From: Orbicella franksi
Taxonomy: Eukaryota
Direction of reading: 5' to 3'
Assembly: GCA_964199315.1 (NCBI GenBank)
Contig: OZ116706.1
Location: 8,432,001 to 8,496,000 of the forward strand
Length of the DNA stretch: 64,000 bases
Under the pieces are notes generated by a model. It did no database searches. It was not told the origin of the DNA and saw nothing but the letters and a program-made list of their open reading frames with translations. Made by a program: the position numbers and the translations under genes. Below, in pieces: positions 60,451 to 64,000 of this stretch. Each line of letters begins with the position of its first letter. The first letter of the stretch is position 1.

Positions 60451-61766
60451 ACGACCAGAAACCACAAAAGGGTCGACAAAATGTGAAGTCTGTGAAGGAT
60501 AAACGGTTTTCTATCGACCATCGTCGACCAAGACGCTAAAAAAGCCCCGCATCTCACAGGTTTGAAGGATACCGCAATTCAAGATAAATTAAAAACTACC
60601 AAAAGATCTTATGTCTGAGCCCTGGGGCCTTCTCCTCAACAGGCTCCATCTTGACACCTAAACTAATTGATGAGACTAATTTTCTTTCATCAGTTACAAC
60701 TCAGTACCCACTATGTTTGACTTTTTCTACGCTACCTTGTTTTTGCTAATTCTATTAATTTTCTTGATCTTTTACGTATGTTCTATAGCACGGGGATCTT
60801 GTTTGATTCGTTTCAAACATGGGGGGAGGAATTCAACTTGGTCTTTGCAGTAGGAAGTCAAAATAATTGACTGCCGTTTTGTATTAGTTCTGAGAAGAGA
60901 CACGTGATGGAATTCATTTCCGGTATCTGAGTTCGGAGAAAGCCTCGATTTTCAAGGAAAAAAGCCTTGAATATTCGGAGAAAAAAAGGAACAGGAAACT
61001 CTCTCTAGATAAAAGAAATGATGAACGTGATTACTTGGATTCCACTAGGAACTCGCAAGCGGGACTATAAGAAATGAATACAATCCAGTAAATATGAATC
61101 TCTTCAGCAAAACATTTTAATTTTGCATACGTTATCAGACATTCAGACTTCAAAGAAGTCTTCGCAGTATATTTCCGGTTAACCGAGTACAACTCGGAAG
61201 TATGCAGAGGACACAACTGAACTCAAGCAACTGAAATGTCAGCCTTTTCCAGTTCTCAGCCTAATCCTGAGGGATCAGGGAGATGACTGCAATTCCAGGC
61301 TCTAAAGCTATTCGAAGGGAGACTGTTTACATGAGTGATGCGCATCATTTAATTTAGCGGTTTGAGGAGTACATCCAGCCAGAAGGCGTTTATCGCCTCA
61401 CTTGTGATGGACAACATTTTATCTTTTCCATTATTATGTTGTATATTTTCTTCCGGCCTCAAAATAATCAAGAACCAAAACATTTTTGCATACCTTCTTG
61501 CCAAGAATATTTCGCCATTGTAATTTCCAGAAAATAAAGCTGAAATGATACACGCTCCAGTGAGCAGATCTAGTGACTATACTCTCGTTTAATTACGAAT
61601 CATATAAAAGAAACTTAACACTCAGCCGAAGGACATTGAATTTTACTTGCAATTAAATCGAGTCCGTTACGCTATATTGCAGTGATGGAAGTTTTCGAAA
61701 TAAACATTAAATAAGGTCGTAATACTAGCAATAATGATAAATATTGCATAAAACGTACAACAGTTT

Positions 61767-61808
61767 TTAAAGACATGTTTCGGCATGCTTATGCCATCTT
61801 CAGTTTAA
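61767..61808 (-). ncRNA. Minimal type I hammerhead ribozyme motif (left arm copy)
   Basis: Reverse complement of 63445-63486. Confidence 0.75.
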
Positions 61809-61900
61809 TAGAGTGACTAATGATACGTGACACAAGTTATATACTACAAAATATGAATAAATTATTTACAATATGCATTACAAAACAGTGGAAACGGAAA

Positions 61901-62995
61901 TTACAGAGTTAAAAAGGTGTTGAAGTGATGTAACTGTTTGTTAAGGTCAGGTTTGTTCTTACTAATATAAAAGGCTTCTTTAAGTTTAAGATCAATAGAG
62001 CTATTCGCTGAGTCTAAGATGCGAAAACAAGAAGGTGTGTACATGCCCCTGCATGAAGAAAATTGAGAAAGATGTTTAAAAATATGCGAGTTTTTATCGC
62101 TTACTGTATGTTCTTTAATCCTGGTAGAAAAATGGCGACTGGTTTCACCAATATAACAGGAATTACATCCCGCACAAGTAAATTGATAAACTACCATGGA
62201 TTTTAGAGCATCAGGAGTACGATCTTTAAAACTGAACATATTCTTGATTTTGAAAGAAGTAAAAACTAATTTGATATTAAGATCCGTTTCACAAAAACGT
62301 TTAAGTAATTGCCGTAGTTTGAGTTCCGTTATTCTAGAGTACTGGCCGATAAAAGGAAGCTTAAAATAGCGTATATTGTTTTCATCATTAACGTTGCGGC
62401 TTTTTTGATCAGAAGGCTTGTTAAGATACCGCTTGAAGGTTTTTTCAATGATGTGTGAAGGAAACGAGTTACGTTTTAGAGTGTCCGAAAGCTTGATCAA
62501 ATCGTTTTCAAAACCGGAAGAAGTGTTGTTGATTTTATAAGTTCGGTCAATGAGAGTACGGACAAGGCCGATTTTATAGCGAAACGGAGTGAAACTAAAA
62601 AAATTTGTTAAGAGACCAGTGTAGGTTTTTTTATGAAAAACTGAAAAAACGCAGTCATGCGAAGAGTTGTCAATCAGAACATCCAAAAAGGAAAGTTTAC
62701 CGTCGTTCTGTTTCTCGAAAGTAAATTTGATGTTGGGATGTTGAGAATTGATGAATTCAAAGAAAGACATGGCATCCCGCTCATTTTTAAAGACGCAAAA
62801 AGTATCGTCAACATAACGCCTATAGAGTAAGATGTCGGCCTTGTTAAAATTATTTAGCCATGTTTCTTCGTGAAATCCAAGAAAAAGATTAGCTAAAATA
62901 GGTGCTAAAGGGGAGCCCATAGCTACCCCATCGACTTGATCATAAAATTTACCATTGAAAAGAAAATGAGTCTCGGATGTGGCAAATGAAAACAA
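61901..62995 (-). CDS. PLE RT (C-terminal half) and GIY-YIG endonuclease, uninterrupted but 5'-truncated
   Basis: DGVAMGSPLAPILANLFL, YRRYVDDTF, LSFLDVLI, and SMVVYQFTCAGCNSCYIGETSRHFSTRIKEH...FKH. Confidence 0.9.
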   Translation of the reverse strand: MFSFATSETHFLFNGKFYDQVDGVAMGSPLAPILANLFLGFHEETWLNNFNKADILLYRRYVDDTFCVFKNERDAMSFFEFINSQHPNIKFTFEKQNDGKLSFLDVLIDNSSHDCVFSVFHKKTYTGLLTNFFSFTPFRYKIGLVRTLIDRTYKINNTSSGFENDLIKLSDTLKRNSFPSHIIEKTFKRYLNKPSDQKSRNVNDENNIRYFKLPFIGQYSRITELKLRQLLKRFCETDLNIKLVFTSFKIKNMFSFKDRTPDALKSMVVYQFTCAGCNSCYIGETSRHFSTRIKEHTVSDKNSHIFKHLSQFSSCRGMYTPSCFRILDSANSSIDLKLKEAFYISKNKPDLNKQLHHFNTFLTL

Positions 62996-63444
62996 TTTCT
63001 TAAGGTCAAGAATATGTTCAGTTTTAAAGATCGTACTCCTGATGCTCTAAAATCCATGGTAGTTTATCAATTTACTTGTGCGGGATGTAATTCCTGTTAT
63101 ATTGGTGAAACCAGTCGCCATTTTTCTACCAGGATTAAAGAACATACAGTAAGCGATAAAAACTCGCATATTTTTAAACATCTTTCTCAATTTTCTTCAT
63201 GCAGGGGCATGTACACACCTTCTTGTTTTCGCATTTTAGACTCAGCGAATAGCTCTATTGATCTTAAACTTAAAGAAGCCTTTTATATTAGTAAGAACAA
63301 ACCTGACCTTAACAAACAGTTACATCACTTCAACACCTTTTTAACTCTGTAATTTCCGTTTCCACTGTTTTGTAATGCATATTGTAAATAATTTATTCAT
63401 ATTTTGTAGTATATAACTTGTGTCACGTATCATTAGTCACTCTA

Positions 63445-63486
63445 TTAAACTGAAGATGGCATAAGCATGCCGAAACATGTCTTTAA
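63445..63486 (+). ncRNA. Minimal type I hammerhead ribozyme motif (right arm copy)
   Basis: Helix I TTAAA/TTTAA, CTGAAGA plus an extra T, helix II GGCAT-AAGC-ATGCC, GAAA, palindromic helix III ACATGT, predicted cleavage after GUC at 63481. Confidence 0.75.
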
Positions 63487-64000
63487 AAACTGTTGTACGT
63501 TTTATGCAATATTAAACATTAAATACTTCCTTGTTCCGGTTTGAAGGCTAATTACTGAAAACGTACGGGGATTTTTCACAGTGTAGTCCATTGCCATCTA
63601 CGCCATCGTTAGCCTGCAGAACAGGCGGTTTAGCGGGACAAAGCGTGAGCACGATAGATGTCACCGACGGGCGAGAAAGGCGCGCTACTCTTTGGTTAAT
63701 TAGTCATTCTCACTTAGTAAGGGATGGACCGTTATTTTTTTGAGGGGGGGGGGGGGGGTGGAGGGTGTTGAGAAATTTTCTGAGGCATGAATTTTTTTCT
63801 CGCTTTTAATGGGTAATAGGTTGTGCACGAATTTTTTTCACATCCAAAATAGGACCTGAATAGTAGAAAGCACTTGCTCGAATTTTTCCTATGGCTCCCC
63901 TTGCAAGATTTTTGTTTGCTGTGCACAAAATTTTTTTGGGGGTGATTGCCCAGCCCCTCCCGCCCACTAATCACTAATCAATCTTTATTTACACTCACTC

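Larger units (their letters stand above)
61714..63513 (-). mobile_element. Young 5'-truncated Penelope-like element with an inverted pLTR
   Basis: 13-bp TSD TAAACATTAAATA (61701-61713, 63513-63525) and a 508-bp inverted repeat (61740-62247 / 63006-63513). The sites near 47260 and 54310 are empty. Confidence 0.95.
41100..64000 (-). repeat. Tandem segmental duplication, at least 3 units, running off the window
   Basis: Colinear homology includes 41100-43860 ~ 48880-50370 ~ 56550-58030 (partial) and 46140-47960 ~ 52800-55060 ~ 60600-64000. Offsets are K1-K2 6515 bp and K2-K3 7659 bp. Confidence 0.95.

Noticed and set aside
63014-63352. Standalone 112-aa GIY-YIG nuclease gene
   Set aside because: It is the inverted pLTR copy of the 3' end of the Penelope ORF.

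Overview
AT-rich animal genomic DNA with spliceosomal introns; the MITE motifs and gene content suggest an anthozoan, probably a stony coral (inference). Bases 1-29 kb hold one recognisable gene, a GATA1/2/3-class transcription factor (+ strand, 4 coding exons at 17221-22445, 493 aa), in a stretch with no recognisable repeats. Two candidate upstream exons and a cluster of GGCGCC motifs precede it. Bases 29-41 kb are MITEs, DIRS-like remnants and a Penelope-like (PLE) fragment. Bases 41-64 kb are a tandem array (about 6.5-7.7 kb period, - strand). It alternates intact single-exon BTB-BACK-Kelch ORFs (K1-K3) with an orphan kelch terminal exon (S1, S2). The same ~575-bp segment, ending in a putative phase-1 splice acceptor, precedes both exon types, which is the most unusual structure here. 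Three PLE insertions carry four minimal hammerhead-ribozyme motifs, and one has a 508-bp inverted repeat and a 13-bp TSD. All alignments were done by eye and no database searches were run.
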